From: Acetobacteraceae bacterium
GTDB taxonomy: Bacteria; Pseudomonadota; Alphaproteobacteria; Acetobacterales; Acetobacteraceae
Length of the DNA: 50,354 nt
Direction of reading: 5' to 3'
NCBI GenBank assembly: GCA_003137135.1
Contig: PLFB01000182.1
Location: 6,391-56,744, forward strand
Part shown: positions 17,812 through 27,375 of the stretch, piece by piece
Layout: each line of letters starts with the position of its first letter
How positions within the stretch are numbered: the stretch's first letter is position 1
The notes under the pieces: generated by a model
The model's input: only the letters and a program-made list of their open reading frames with translations
Told to the model about the DNA's origin: nothing
Database searches by the model: none
Made by a program: the position numbers and the translations under genes

Positions 17812-20583
17812 ATGACCACGCTGACGCTCGGCAACGGCCAAATCCTCAATAATCCCGTCATCACGTCCGGCGACACCGATCTGCAGGGCAATGGCATCGT
17901 CGTGACTTTGCAGGGCACGCTGGATGATGCCGGCACCTACGCCATGGCCTCGACCGGCAACAATACCGATCTGATCCTCGACACCGCCACCGTCAGCTTT
18001 GCCGGCGGCGGCGTCATCGAGATGTCGGACGCCACGACCAACCGCATCTATGGCGACGGCGCGTCCGTCCTGATCAACAGCGACACCATAGCGGGCGCCG
18101 GCCAGCTTGGCATCGGCCTGCCGCAATTCGGACTGGCGCTGACCAATGCGGCCGCCGGCATCATCGACGCCACCGGTACCGACGCCCTGATCGTGCAGCC
18201 TGGGGTCGCGACCATCGCGAATGACGGCCTGATGGAGGCAACCGGAAGCGGCGGCCTGGTCATCACCGGGACCGTCACGCTCGACCAGACCGGCGGCACC
18301 CTGCTGGCCGCCGGCGCCGGCGACAACATCTATCTCGAAGACGACACCGGCATCGCCGGCGGCCTGCTGCAAGGCACCGGCGGCGGCCTGATCGTGGTGA
18401 TGGATGCCAGCCTGGACGGCCTGAGCAACGGCGTTTTGACGATCGCCGGCGGCTCGACCGTACAGGTCTCCAACAGCCGGACGCTCGACCTGCTCGGCAC
18501 CATCGCCAACCATGGCACCATCGACCTGGACGCCACGGCCAGCGCCACGGACCTCGTCATCAGCAGCCCCACCGTCAGCCTGCTCGGCGGCGGCGTCATC
18601 CTGCTCGCCGGCAACGGCGATAGCCAGATTTTTGGTGCGGGCACCGCTGACGTCACGCTGATCAACGTCAACAACACCATTTTGGGCGCCGGTCAGCTCG
18701 GCACCGGCGGCGGCAACCCGCTCGCCTTCACCAACGGCGCGCAAGGCGTCATCGACGCCGACGCCAGCGCGCCCATCGTGATCCAGCCGGGCGGCACGTC
18801 GGCGCCGGATGTCAATGACGGGCTGATCGAAGCCACCGGCACCGGCGGTCTGGAGATCACCGATGGTGCCACCATCATCCAGCACGGCGGCACGCTGCTG
18901 GCCAAAGGCACCGGCGCCAATATTTATCTGCTAGGCGGCGCGGACATCGCCGGCGGCCTGCTGCTGACAAAGTCGCACGGGCAAATCAGGATCAACGGCG
19001 ACGTAACGCTGGACGGCGCCGCCGCCGGCGCGCTGACCATCGGCGCGTCCAGCACGGTGACGCTGCTGAATAGCTCGCATCTCGACGTGCTCGGCAAACT
19101 GGACATTGCCGGCACCCTGTCGATGGCGTCCATCAGGGATGCGACCGATCTGATCCTGGCCGGCGACGTCCGCCTAACCGGCGGCGGCGTCCTGGACATG
19201 TCGGACAGCAGCGAAAACCAGATTTTTGGCAGTAGCACCGCGTTGGACGTGCTGGTCAACGTCGATGACACGATCGCCGGTTCCGGCCGGCTCGGCGATG
19301 GCTCCGGCGCCACGCCGCTGGCGCTGACCAACGGCGCCGCCGGCGTGATCGACGCCGACGGCGCCACCATCGTGCTGGAGATCGATACCGGGGGCCCGGC
19401 GCTGGTCAATGACGGGCTGCTCGAGGCGAGCAACACCGCCGGCCTGGTGCTCGCCGCCGGCAGCGTGGTCGAACAGCGCGGCGGCGGTGAGATGCTGGCG
19501 AACGGCGCCGGCGATGACGTGTATCTGCAAGGCGCCACAAACGCGCTGACGGCGATCGAGGGCGGCCTGCTGCAGGGCAATGCCGGCGGCAGCTTCGTGG
19601 TCAGCGGAGCGGTGAAATTTGACGGCGCCGCCGGCGCGGTGACCATCGGCACGGCCACCACGGTGCTGGTGGGCGACGGTGCCGCCCTTGGTCTGGCGGG
19701 CACGATCGACAATTTGGGCACGCTTTCGGTGGTCGCCACCGGTGATGCAACCGGCCTCGCCATCGACGGCGCGAACGTGACGCTGACCGGCGGCGGGGTG
19801 GTACTGCTCTCCGGCACCGGCGGCGCCGGGATTTTTGCCGGCACTGCGGGCAGCAGCCACACCCTCGTGAACGTCAACGACACAATTGCGGGCGCCGGAT
19901 CGCTCGGCGGCGCCCTGACGCCCTTGACGCTGACCAACCAGGCGCACGGCGTGATCGAGGCCATTGGCGGCACGCTGGACGCGGCGGGCGGTATTGGCGG
20001 CTCCGGCAAGATCGTGATCGAGGCCGGCGCCGCGTTCGAACTGGGCGAAAGTTCCAAAAATGCGGTCGTGTTCGCGCCGCCCGCCGTGCTCGGCGGCTCG
20101 CTCTCCGGCGCCCTGCTGATCCTGGACGAAGCCTCGGCCTATACCGGCGTGCTCACCAGCCTGGCGGCGGGCGATACCATCGACCTCGCCAACACGCTGG
20201 CGTCATCCGCCACCATCACCCACGGCGAGCTTGTCGTGACGCTCACCGCCGGCGGCACGCTGAGCTACAATCTGGCCGGCACCGCTCCGCACCTCGAGGC
20301 GGCGGCGAGTTCCGACGACCAGGGCGGCAGCGACATCACGTTTTTTGTCCCGACGGCGGCCAGCCCCGCAATGTCATTCCTGCCGCCCTCCCCCGAAACA
20401 TCCGCCGCGGCCACATTCCAAACCGGCCCGGCCGCCGCCGAGGCGGCCCGGTACCAGAACGCGCCGGCCGCCCGGACAAGCGGCACCGCGCTCACCGTCA
20501 CGACCCACGGCGTCATTACACCCTACCTGCTGCCCGAACCGGACCGCCCAGCCCTGCTCTACACAACGATCAGCATCCCGTAA
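17812..20583 (+). CDS. Large Gly/Ala/Thr-rich beta-helix-like repeat surface protein
   Basis: About 3.5 internal ~200-aa repeats (TDL.L..V.L.GGG..., LIN..TIAGAG.LG, L.LTN.A.G.IDA, NDGL.EA); no signal peptide, beta-barrel or Hint domain seen. Confidence 0.8.
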   Translation: MTTLTLGNGQILNNPVITSGDTDLQGNGIVVTLQGTLDDAGTYAMASTGNNTDLILDTATVSFAGGGVIEMSDATTNRIYGDGASVLINSDTIAGAGQLGIGLPQFGLALTNAAAGIIDATGTDALIVQPGVATIANDGLMEATGSGGLVITGTVTLDQTGGTLLAAGAGDNIYLEDDTGIAGGLLQGTGGGLIVVMDASLDGLSNGVLTIAGGSTVQVSNSRTLDLLGTIANHGTIDLDATASATDLVISSPTVSLLGGGVILLAGNGDSQIFGAGTADVTLINVNNTILGAGQLGTGGGNPLAFTNGAQGVIDADASAPIVIQPGGTSAPDVNDGLIEATGTGGLEITDGATIIQHGGTLLAKGTGANIYLLGGADIAGGLLLTKSHGQIRINGDVTLDGAAAGALTIGASSTVTLLNSSHLDVLGKLDIAGTLSMASIRDATDLILAGDVRLTGGGVLDMSDSSENQIFGSSTALDVLVNVDDTIAGSGRLGDGSGATPLALTNGAAGVIDADGATIVLEIDTGGPALVNDGLLEASNTAGLVLAAGSVVEQRGGGEMLANGAGDDVYLQGATNALTAIEGGLLQGNAGGSFVVSGAVKFDGAAGAVTIGTATTVLVGDGAALGLAGTIDNLGTLSVVATGDATGLAIDGANVTLTGGGVVLLSGTGGAGIFAGTAGSSHTLVNVNDTIAGAGSLGGALTPLTLTNQAHGVIEAIGGTLDAAGGIGGSGKIVIEAGAAFELGESSKNAVVFAPPAVLGGSLSGALLILDEASAYTGVLTSLAAGDTIDLANTLASSATITHGELVVTLTAGGTLSYNLAGTAPHLEAAASSDDQGGSDITFFVPTAASPAMSFLPPSPETSAAATFQTGPAAAEAARYQNAPAARTSGTALTVTTHGVITPYLLPEPDRPALLYTTISIP

Positions 20584-20725
20584 GTACAAGCAAGCACTTC
20601 GTTTTTAAAAAATAGCAGCAAAAAACTTTTGCAAATCCGGGCCACAGGCGGTGAAAGAAGCGCGATCTAAATAAATCAAAAGTTTTTTGCGCGCTTTTTT
20701 TTAAAAAAGCGCTACTTTCTTACTT
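20582..20725. repeat. Nested-palindrome repeat copy R8 (degenerate core)
   Basis: Starts in the TAA stop; TTTTTAAAAAA..CAAAAAACTTTTG ... CAAAAGTTTTTTG CGCGC T8A6 GCGC tactttCTTACTT. Confidence 0.85.
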
Positions 20726-20773
20726 CACACAACACCCGCCAGCCGCGTTGCGCAACCGAAACGCCGCCCTTCC

Positions 20774-21259
20774 TCAGTCACTGCTTTGCACCATCAGGTT
20801 GGTGATGTACCCGTTGATGAACGGCGGGGCCTGATAATTCGCGTTTTTCTCCACCGTCGCGTTGGCGATCTGCAGGCACTGCGCGATGATGGCGCTGCGG
20901 GACGGCTCACTCTGCAGCCCCGCCGTGCTCTGGGCCATCAGCAGGGCCAGCACATTGGCCTTGACGATCGGCTCAAGCGCCGTGAACGCATCGACGGCCT
21001 TCTGATCATGCGTGGCGAACTGGATCCCGATATCGACATAGGCATCCGCCGGCTCGCCGGCCGCCGGCGGCATGCTGACGGTGATATCGTCGAGCGGCGC
21101 GAAATAGATCGGCGCGGCCTTTTGCGGCGGCGTCTCGGCATGCGCGCTCGCCACCGTGCCGCCCAGAAAGTGCATCGCACCCAAAGCCCCACCCATGCCG
21201 ACACCGAGGGCCACAACCGCGATGCCGGCCGTCTTCAGCATTGCTCCCATTTTGGCCAC
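20774..21259 (-). CDS. fliL: Flagellar basal body-associated protein FliL
   Basis: Single N-terminal TM segment, PIYFAPL..ITV, Y..I.I, C-terminal YITNLMVQ; AAGGAG RBS before GTG. Confidence 0.75.
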   Translation of the reverse strand: MAKMGAMLKTAGIAVVALGVGMGGALGAMHFLGGTVASAHAETPPQKAAPIYFAPLDDITVSMPPAAGEPADAYVDIGIQFATHDQKAVDAFTALEPIVKANVLALLMAQSTAGLQSEPSRSAIIAQCLQIANATVEKNANYQAPPFINGYITNLMVQSSD

Positions 21260-21341
21260 GTCAAAAAACTCCTTCGCCTAAATTTTCGGTAACCTAAGCG
21301 ATCAATATAGAATTTCTTGACAATTTAAAAGAGAAATTTAG

Positions 21342-21683
21342 TCAGTATCCGTCCAGTTGTTCGCGGTCAGAGCGATAAATTTGAAACGCCGCCGCGCGCA
21401 GCAACTCGCCGGGGTTGAGCGCACATTGGCTGGTGAGCTGTTGAAAGCCGTTTTGCCCCACCATCGCCGGTTCGATCGCGGGGTGGCCGGCCGCCTCGGT
21501 GTTCAAATCCAGCTGCTGCCACTGGTTTGTAACCATGCTGAGGATGGCGTTGGACTCAATCCCCGGCGCGTTGGCGATCATCGCCGTCGCCTTCGCGCAG
21601 GTCATGAGATCATTGCCATACGCAAAGGCCGGTTGCGCCGCGACGAGGCTGAGCAGCAAGACTCCGGGGAATTTCAGGTTCAT
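21342..21683 (-). CDS. Small exported two-Cys protein, HdeA/HdeB-like
   Basis: Signal peptide (AFA cleavage) and an MTC...C..NP..L..A pattern. Confidence 0.55.
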   Translation of the reverse strand: MNLKFPGVLLLSLVAAQPAFAYGNDLMTCAKATAMIANAPGIESNAILSMVTNQWQQLDLNTEAAGHPAIEPAMVGQNGFQQLTSQCALNPGELLRAAAFQIYRSDREQLDGY

Positions 21684-21710
21684 GCGGTGCGTCCTTTCGA
21701 AGATTTAGTC

Positions 21711-21815
21711 AGAAAGCAGTTACTTTTTTGAAAAAAAGTAACCAAAAAACTTTTGATTTTCATGGCCTTTGAGCGGCCACGGTTTGGCCGCTCATAGGCC
21801 GGAGACAAAAAAGCG
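21711..21815. repeat. Nested-palindrome repeat copy R9 (type A core, truncated right arm)
   Basis: AGAAAGCA GTTAC T6GA7 GTAAC CAAAAAACTTTTG, core TGAGCGGCCA CGGTT TGGCCGCTCA. Confidence 0.9.
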
Positions 21816-21830
21816 GCGTCTTTATCCGCT

Positions 21831-22520
21831 TCAGTGCAAATCCACAGATAGACCATCCCGCCCTACCAAAACGTGAAAACGCTGACCGCTCGACGGGTTG
21901 GTCATCAGTATAGAATCGCCGGCATGACCGGTCTGATCCGCGATCGCGTCGATCGTCAGCGTCAAGCCGCCGCTATAAACCGTGACGCTGGCCGATTGCC
22001 CGGCCTGCACGATCACCTTCTGGCTGATGCCGCTGGAGGTGAGAATCGTACCGGGGGACAGGCCCATGACGGCGACGGCGCCGATCAAATCCGCCGTATT
22101 GTAATAGACCTGCCGCCCGGCGAACAAGGAAACCGGCTCCTGCACGATTTTTATGTCGCCGGGTTCGATTTGCGCCCCGGCCGCGATCGGCCGCGCCGCC
22201 ACCGCCACCCCTTGATCTTCGGCGACGGTCACCGCCACGTACAACGTCCAGTCCGGCTGCGCACAGTGGACATTCGCCTCCTCATACGGCGCGGCCCCGG
22301 AAACCGTGACCGCCAGCGGCGCGCCGCAGGCCTGCATATACGCCGCCCCGGCGACGGGGCCCAAAGTGATGGTCGAATCCGCGGCGGTGGTCGCGGCGAC
22401 CGATTGCTTGACCGCGGCGGCGACCGCGCTGGGATCTTCCCGGTCCGGCCCGGCCATCGCCTTCGACCCGATCGCCAGCGAAAGCAGAATGCCGAGCCCA
22501 AAGACCGGCGTTTGCCGCAT
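21831..22520 (-). CDS. flgA: Flagellar P-ring chaperone FlgA
   Basis: Start MRQTPVF is coupled by TGATG; signal peptide, two Cys, W.LYV.V, AARPI..G (SAF domain), G..GD.I...N..S. Confidence 0.85.
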   Translation of the reverse strand: MRQTPVFGLGILLSLAIGSKAMAGPDREDPSAVAAAVKQSVAATTAADSTITLGPVAGAAYMQACGAPLAVTVSGAAPYEEANVHCAQPDWTLYVAVTVAEDQGVAVAARPIAAGAQIEPGDIKIVQEPVSLFAGRQVYYNTADLIGAVAVMGLSPGTILTSSGISQKVIVQAGQSASVTVYSGGLTLTIDAIADQTGHAGDSILMTNPSSGQRFHVLVGRDGLSVDLH

Positions 22521-25500
22521 CACTCCGCGGCGCACGCGACAACTCCGGCGCCGAAATCGCCAGACCAGGCCGGCGGCTCTTCCTCGATCGACGGCAAGGC
22601 GAGTGCCGCGTTCCGGGCCTTTTGGCCCTGCGAAATAGTTTCCGGCAAGTCGCCAAGCGCCTTCTGGAGCGCGCGCTGCCACGCCGCAATCCGGCTCGGC
22701 AGCGCGGTCGAGCAAAGACCTTTGGGCATGTCCAGCCGCTCGTCCTGCAGAATCTGGCACCCCGCTGCCGCCGCCATCAGGGCCACATAGCAATCGGCAA
22801 AAGTCTCGGTATCCGCCGGTCGCACCAGAACATGCGGCGCCAGGGCGGCCAGTTCGCGCGCCCAGCTCTGCTCGTCCTCCGGGCGTTTCAGCCGCGCGAT
22901 GGCGCCGGCATAGGTGGTGCCGGGACGCTCGACGACGATCCAGGACGCGGAAGGCAGCGTTTGGTTGATGATCTCGGCGAACCATGGCGGCGCGATGCCC
23001 TCGTCGATCCACAAAATCCGCGGCTTGCTGTTGATCGCCGTCGTGGCCGCGAGGGTCTGCCAGATCGGCCGCGACAAAGCCGGCCGCCAGAGTGTGACCC
23101 GCCGCCCCGGCGGCAGCATTTTTTGTACGCTTTGCTGAAGCTCCGGCGACGTCGCGAACAGCCGCGGCGTCGCCTTCAGCACCGCCTTGGCCGCCGGCTC
23201 CGGCGGCCGGGTATAGATGGCGACCGCCTCCATGCTCCCCGCCGCGGCTTCCCGCTCCGGGTTGATGCGGACCCAGGCGGACGGCGCGCGCCGGCCGATT
23301 TCGGCGGGCAACAGCACATCGGGCGCCCATCCGGCCTCCAAAAACCCGGTCCCGCGCAGCGCTCGCGCGGCATTGATGACGGCCACACCGGCATCGGCCG
23401 GGCCGGTCAGCAGCAGGCTGTGATGGTCCATGGGGCCGCTGCGCACGATGCCCAGTTTCTGCTCGGGCGCCAGCAGATCGCCCCGCAGCGACAAGGCCGG
23501 GTGATGGTACGGATCTTCCCAGGAGCCGACGGCGTGAAACGAAACGCCCGAAATGTCCGGCCGGATCGCCTCCGCGATGCTGACGAAGGAGACGTCCGGC
23601 GTCCAGACGACGGCATGCCCGGCGGTGCGCAATTGCGCGCACAAATCGACCCAAAGCGCGTCGCCGGGCAGGTCGGCGATCGTGCAGGCGGCCAGCGCCT
23701 CCCGGCGGAACAGCACCGCGGACGGCGCCACCGCCGAGGCTTCCTGTTCCACCGCCAGCCAGCCGCCCGGTCCGGGGTCGTCGGAAAGGTGCCCGGCGCC
23801 GAGGCGCGTGTCGGCGCCGATGATGATGGGGCCTTGCACGATATATTTGGACTGATCGCCGCTGAGCTGCAGCAAGGTGCGCGCGCCCGCGGCCGCCACG
23901 CGCGGGTCGGCCAGGCAGCCGCGCAAATGGTCGATCCAGTTTGCCGTCAGCGGCGCGGAACGGCCATCCAGGATCACGACATGTTCAGTCGTCACCATGC
24001 CCATCGCCTGCTGCAGCGCCGCCGCGCGCGAAAGCCCGGCCTGCGGCGGCACGGCGCGCACCTTGTCACCCAGCCGCGCGCCACCCCCCGTCGGTACCGC
24101 CACCTGCGCGGCGACCGCCGACAAGTATGCCGCCACCGGCTCCGCCAGTGCGGCGCCCGCCAGAATCACAGGCCCGGTCAGCAGCGTGGCGCCAAGCAGA
24201 TTGTTCATCCAGCGATCCAGCGTCGTCAGGTCCAGGCCGTCGCACAGCATGATGATCGAGGTGGCGGGGTCCGCGACCTGGCGGACATGGCGGAACAGCC
24301 CGAGATGCTCGCGCGGCTGGACCTCGCCGGCAATCCCCATCCGGCGTAGATGATCGGCGACGGCATCGACGGCCCGCGGCCCGAAATCGGTGGAAGGGAT
24401 GTTATCGCGGCGGCTATGTTTGGCCCGCGTGAAAACGGCCTCGGGCAGGCGCGAGACACGCGGAAAAATCTCCGCCAGGCGCAGCTGGAAATCATATTCC
24501 TCAACACCGGCGCGCAGCGGATTGAACCCGCCGAGCCGCAACAGCATCGCCGCGCGATACCACACCCAGTCGCCGATGAAGGCCGCCTGGCGGAGCCTGG
24601 TGACATCCCAGCCCGGCTTGTAGCGGATCCAGGCGCCCTTATCATGCGGCACGATTTCGTCGGAATAGATCATGTCCGCCTGGCTGCCGGCCGCCTCCAA
24701 CGAAAACCGCAGGCAAGCATCTGGAGCAATCGTATCGCCGGCGTTGATGATCGCGACATAATCGGCATGCGCCGCCGCCGCGTTAAGTTCCCGGCAAAGG
24801 ATTTTTGTCACCTCCCCCGCCTGCGCCGTCGCGGGGACGATTCTCCGCCCGGGGATTTCGAGCGGATCGGCCGAGACGATCACGACATCGCCCGGCTTAT
24901 GCCACTGCTCGTTGATCGATGCCAATGTGTCATGGATCGCGTGCGCGCGGTTCGGCGGCACGGCGATCACGATGGTGAGCGACGGCATCGCCGCCGCCTC
25001 TTTCAGTTTCAGCAGGCGCTGCTTGGCACCTTCATCAACCCGCTCGGCCGGACGCAGCCCGGCCTTGTCGCTCTGGCCGGCGACCTGATGCACCACTGCG
25101 GCGCCAAAGCCTGGAATCACGACGCCCTTGCTCTGGCTCATCTCCGACAAAAAGCCGACCATATTGGCGCAGGAAGCGGAAAAACCGTCCCATGTCGCCG
25201 GCGAGGAATCCCTCGACTGCACCGCGTCCCAGACTTTTGCGGTCAAATCCTGCAGCGGGCCGAACAGTTTTTCGTCGGAAACCGGCGCGCTGCGGTTGAG
25301 CTCCTTGGTGAGAAATTGTCTTGCGTCGGGCAGGTGTTTGGCAACCGAGAGGTCAAGGCCAAGTTCGGTGGTGATGCGGGTGAGTTCGGCGGCGGGGTTC
25401 GCGAGCAGATCCTGGTAGGTCACCCAGGCGCGCGGCAGATGCCGGGCGTGCCGCTCGGCCGAAATGAGATAAGACAACCAAAGCAAGACCGCGTGTGCGC

Positions 25501-25948
25501 GAGAGAGTCCGTTTTTTTTGTGCTGGCTGGCGGCCACCGTCCAGGGCGAGCGGCACATATGGATGACATGCGGTTTATGCCCGGCCGCCAACGCGGCGCG
25601 CTCATACAGCGGGAACAGCCGGCAGATATGCGGATGCTTAAAACCCCAGATTTTGTCCTGACCGAAGCGGCGCCGCAAAATCTCGTCGAGACGCGAGAGC
25701 GGCCGGGCCAGATCCGCGCGGTCCCACCAGCCCTCCGGCAGGCCGCGCACGTCGGTCCATTCGACGCCGAGCTGCGCAAAGAGATCGACGTCGAATTCAA
25801 TGAGTTCCGGAATTTCATAGAACCCGAGAGGGTTATGCTCGTTCGCTTCGGCGTCATTATGAAAGCCCACGCCGACGCGATGCAGCGCGCCGGCCAGAGC
25901 TGAGGTACCGCTGCGATAATAGCCGGCGATGAATATGGCGTCGGACAC
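22520..25948 (-). CDS. Sulfotransferase plus glycosyltransferase multidomain protein (putative flagellar glycosylation)
   Basis: N-terminal GYYRSGTS, NP.GFYE, K.P and R.P..VA.S sulfotransferase motifs, followed by GT2-like modules (DMIYSDE, KP.W, YDF.LRL.E, VDLC..LR..G..VVWTP). Confidence 0.75.
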   Translation of the reverse strand: MSDAIFIAGYYRSGTSALAGALHRVGVGFHNDAEANEHNPLGFYEIPELIEFDVDLFAQLGVEWTDVRGLPEGWWDRADLARPLSRLDEILRRRFGQDKIWGFKHPHICRLFPLYERAALAAGHKPHVIHMCRSPWTVAASQHKKNGLSRAHAVLLWLSYLISAERHARHLPRAWVTYQDLLANPAAELTRITTELGLDLSVAKHLPDARQFLTKELNRSAPVSDEKLFGPLQDLTAKVWDAVQSRDSSPATWDGFSASCANMVGFLSEMSQSKGVVIPGFGAAVVHQVAGQSDKAGLRPAERVDEGAKQRLLKLKEAAAMPSLTIVIAVPPNRAHAIHDTLASINEQWHKPGDVVIVSADPLEIPGRRIVPATAQAGEVTKILCRELNAAAAHADYVAIINAGDTIAPDACLRFSLEAAGSQADMIYSDEIVPHDKGAWIRYKPGWDVTRLRQAAFIGDWVWYRAAMLLRLGGFNPLRAGVEEYDFQLRLAEIFPRVSRLPEAVFTRAKHSRRDNIPSTDFGPRAVDAVADHLRRMGIAGEVQPREHLGLFRHVRQVADPATSIIMLCDGLDLTTLDRWMNNLLGATLLTGPVILAGAALAEPVAAYLSAVAAQVAVPTGGGARLGDKVRAVPPQAGLSRAAALQQAMGMVTTEHVVILDGRSAPLTANWIDHLRGCLADPRVAAAGARTLLQLSGDQSKYIVQGPIIIGADTRLGAGHLSDDPGPGGWLAVEQEASAVAPSAVLFRREALAACTIADLPGDALWVDLCAQLRTAGHAVVWTPDVSFVSIAEAIRPDISGVSFHAVGSWEDPYHHPALSLRGDLLAPEQKLGIVRSGPMDHHSLLLTGPADAGVAVINAARALRGTGFLEAGWAPDVLLPAEIGRRAPSAWVRINPEREAAAGSMEAVAIYTRPPEPAAKAVLKATPRLFATSPELQQSVQKMLPPGRRVTLWRPALSRPIWQTLAATTAINSKPRILWIDEGIAPPWFAEIINQTLPSASWIVVERPGTTYAGAIARLKRPEDEQSWARELAALAPHVLVRPADTETFADCYVALMAAAAGCQILQDERLDMPKGLCSTALPSRIAAWQRALQKALGDLPETISQGQKARNAALALPSIEEEPPAWSGDFGAGVVACAAE

Positions 25949-25958
25949 GGCTGGCTCC

Positions 25959-27164
25959 CTAGATATAATTGAAAAGGCTGAGGCTCTGGATGTCGGAAAA
26001 CGCCTTCATCGCCGCCTGCACGGAGGTGAGGGTGTTATCCAGCTGCGTGATGGCGGACGGCATGTTCACGCCGATCGCGCTCTGCACGGCGCCCTGCAAC
26101 GCGGTCGATTGCGCGGTGTTGGAGGCGGAAGCGTTCGAGACCGCCTGCAGCGTCACCCCGTTCTGTGCCGAGGCGGTGACCACCGCCTGCTGATACTGCG
26201 CGAGGCTGGAAAGGTCCTCGTTAAGCTGCTGGTTGGTCTGCGCCGCCTGCGCCGGATTGGAGGAGGCCGCCGACAGCGTGGCGGCGATGTTCTGCAGGAG
26301 CGAAAACGCCGATTGCGGACGGCTGGGCGAGACCGTGAAACTATCGCCGGCGGCCGGCGTGCCGTTGAGCTGATAGTCCAGCCCCGCCACCTGCAGGCTC
26401 ATGCCGGCGGAAACGTTGCCGGTCCCCACCGAGACACCGTTTTGCGTCTCGGTATAGGTGAGTCCGCTGGCACCCTGCGCGAAGCTGATCGTGACCGGCG
26501 ACGATCCGGCCTGAAACGCGGAAGCCGCGGCCGGATTGTTCACCCCTTGCGAGACCAGCGTCGCGTCACCCGTGTTGGACGCCGCCGCGGTTGCGGTCCC
26601 GAAACCATTGCCGCTGAGGCCGGTCATGAAAACCTCGCCGTTGGCCAGGCTCGACGCCAGCACACCCGGCGCGATGCTGGCCTGAGATTGCCCGCCATCC
26701 CCCATATACGCGACGCCGCCGTCCTGGTTCGTCTGAAACGGCTGCACCGAGCCCCGCGACCCGCCAAAAACGAATTGGCCGTTGGCGCCAGTGGTGTTGG
26801 CGAGACCGAGCAGCTGACCCCCGGCAGCCGTGACCTGGGACGCCAGCGATGCCATGTTGGCGGAGCTTGTCGTCCCGTTAAGCGCTTGCTCCAGCAGAGA
26901 CTGGACGTTGTCGAACAGGCTGCTAACCGACGAATAGGTGTCGCTCACGATGCCGAGCTGGTCCTGAATGTTGGTCTGCGCCGTCGTGTCGCTGTTCAGG
27001 GCGCTGATCTGGTCATCGCCTAGCGTCGCGGTTTCGTAAGCGGCCGGCCCCTGGCTCGGCGAACTCACGGCGACGCCGGTCGAAACCTGCTCCTGCAGCG
27101 TGTTCAACTGGCTTTCCTGCGCCGTCAGATTCGCCGCAAAGTTTGTGTAGAACGCGAGATCCAT
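25959..27164 (-). CDS. flgL: Flagellar hook-associated protein 3 FlgL
   Basis: Q.STG...SPS..P N-terminus, LANT...G.FVFGG, Y.GD and C-terminal LSLFNYI. Confidence 0.88.
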   Translation of the reverse strand: MDLAFYTNFAANLTAQESQLNTLQEQVSTGVAVSSPSQGPAAYETATLGDDQISALNSDTTAQTNIQDQLGIVSDTYSSVSSLFDNVQSLLEQALNGTTSSANMASLASQVTAAGGQLLGLANTTGANGQFVFGGSRGSVQPFQTNQDGGVAYMGDGGQSQASIAPGVLASSLANGEVFMTGLSGNGFGTATAAASNTGDATLVSQGVNNPAAASAFQAGSSPVTISFAQGASGLTYTETQNGVSVGTGNVSAGMSLQVAGLDYQLNGTPAAGDSFTVSPSRPQSAFSLLQNIAATLSAASSNPAQAAQTNQQLNEDLSSLAQYQQAVVTASAQNGVTLQAVSNASASNTAQSTALQGAVQSAIGVNMPSAITQLDNTLTSVQAAMKAFSDIQSLSLFNYI

Positions 27165-27207
27165 ATCAAACCCTTGTTCGTTTAACCGCTAACATCGTTA
27201 CTTAGTC

Positions 27208-27352
27208 AGAAGAAAGCAGTTACTTTTTTTGAAAAAAAGTAACCAAAAAACTTTTGATTCCTGTCGGCTTTGGCGAAGGAGTCTCCAACACAAGCTGTAA
27301 AAAAAAGTCTTTTTGCTTCTTTTTCTTCAGAAAAAGAAGTCCTTGCTTGCTT
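27208..27352. repeat. Nested-palindrome repeat copy R10 (core type C)
   Basis: GTTAC T7GA7 GTAAC CAAAAAACTTTTG ... AAAAGTCTTTTTG CTTC TTTTTCTTCAGAAAAA GAAG tcCTTGCTT; arms nearly identical to R11. Confidence 0.9.
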
Positions 27353-27375
27353 TTCTGATTCAACCTGCCCCATCG

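Noticed and set aside
20300-20583. Hint/intein or autotransporter beta-barrel at the end of the repeat protein
   Set aside because: No CF..GT or HN motifs and no terminal aromatic barrel signature.
21831-23654. 607-aa FlgA fusion
   Set aside because: The upstream part is an alternative frame of the glycosyltransferase; the real start is the TGATG-coupled ATG at 22520, followed by a signal peptide.
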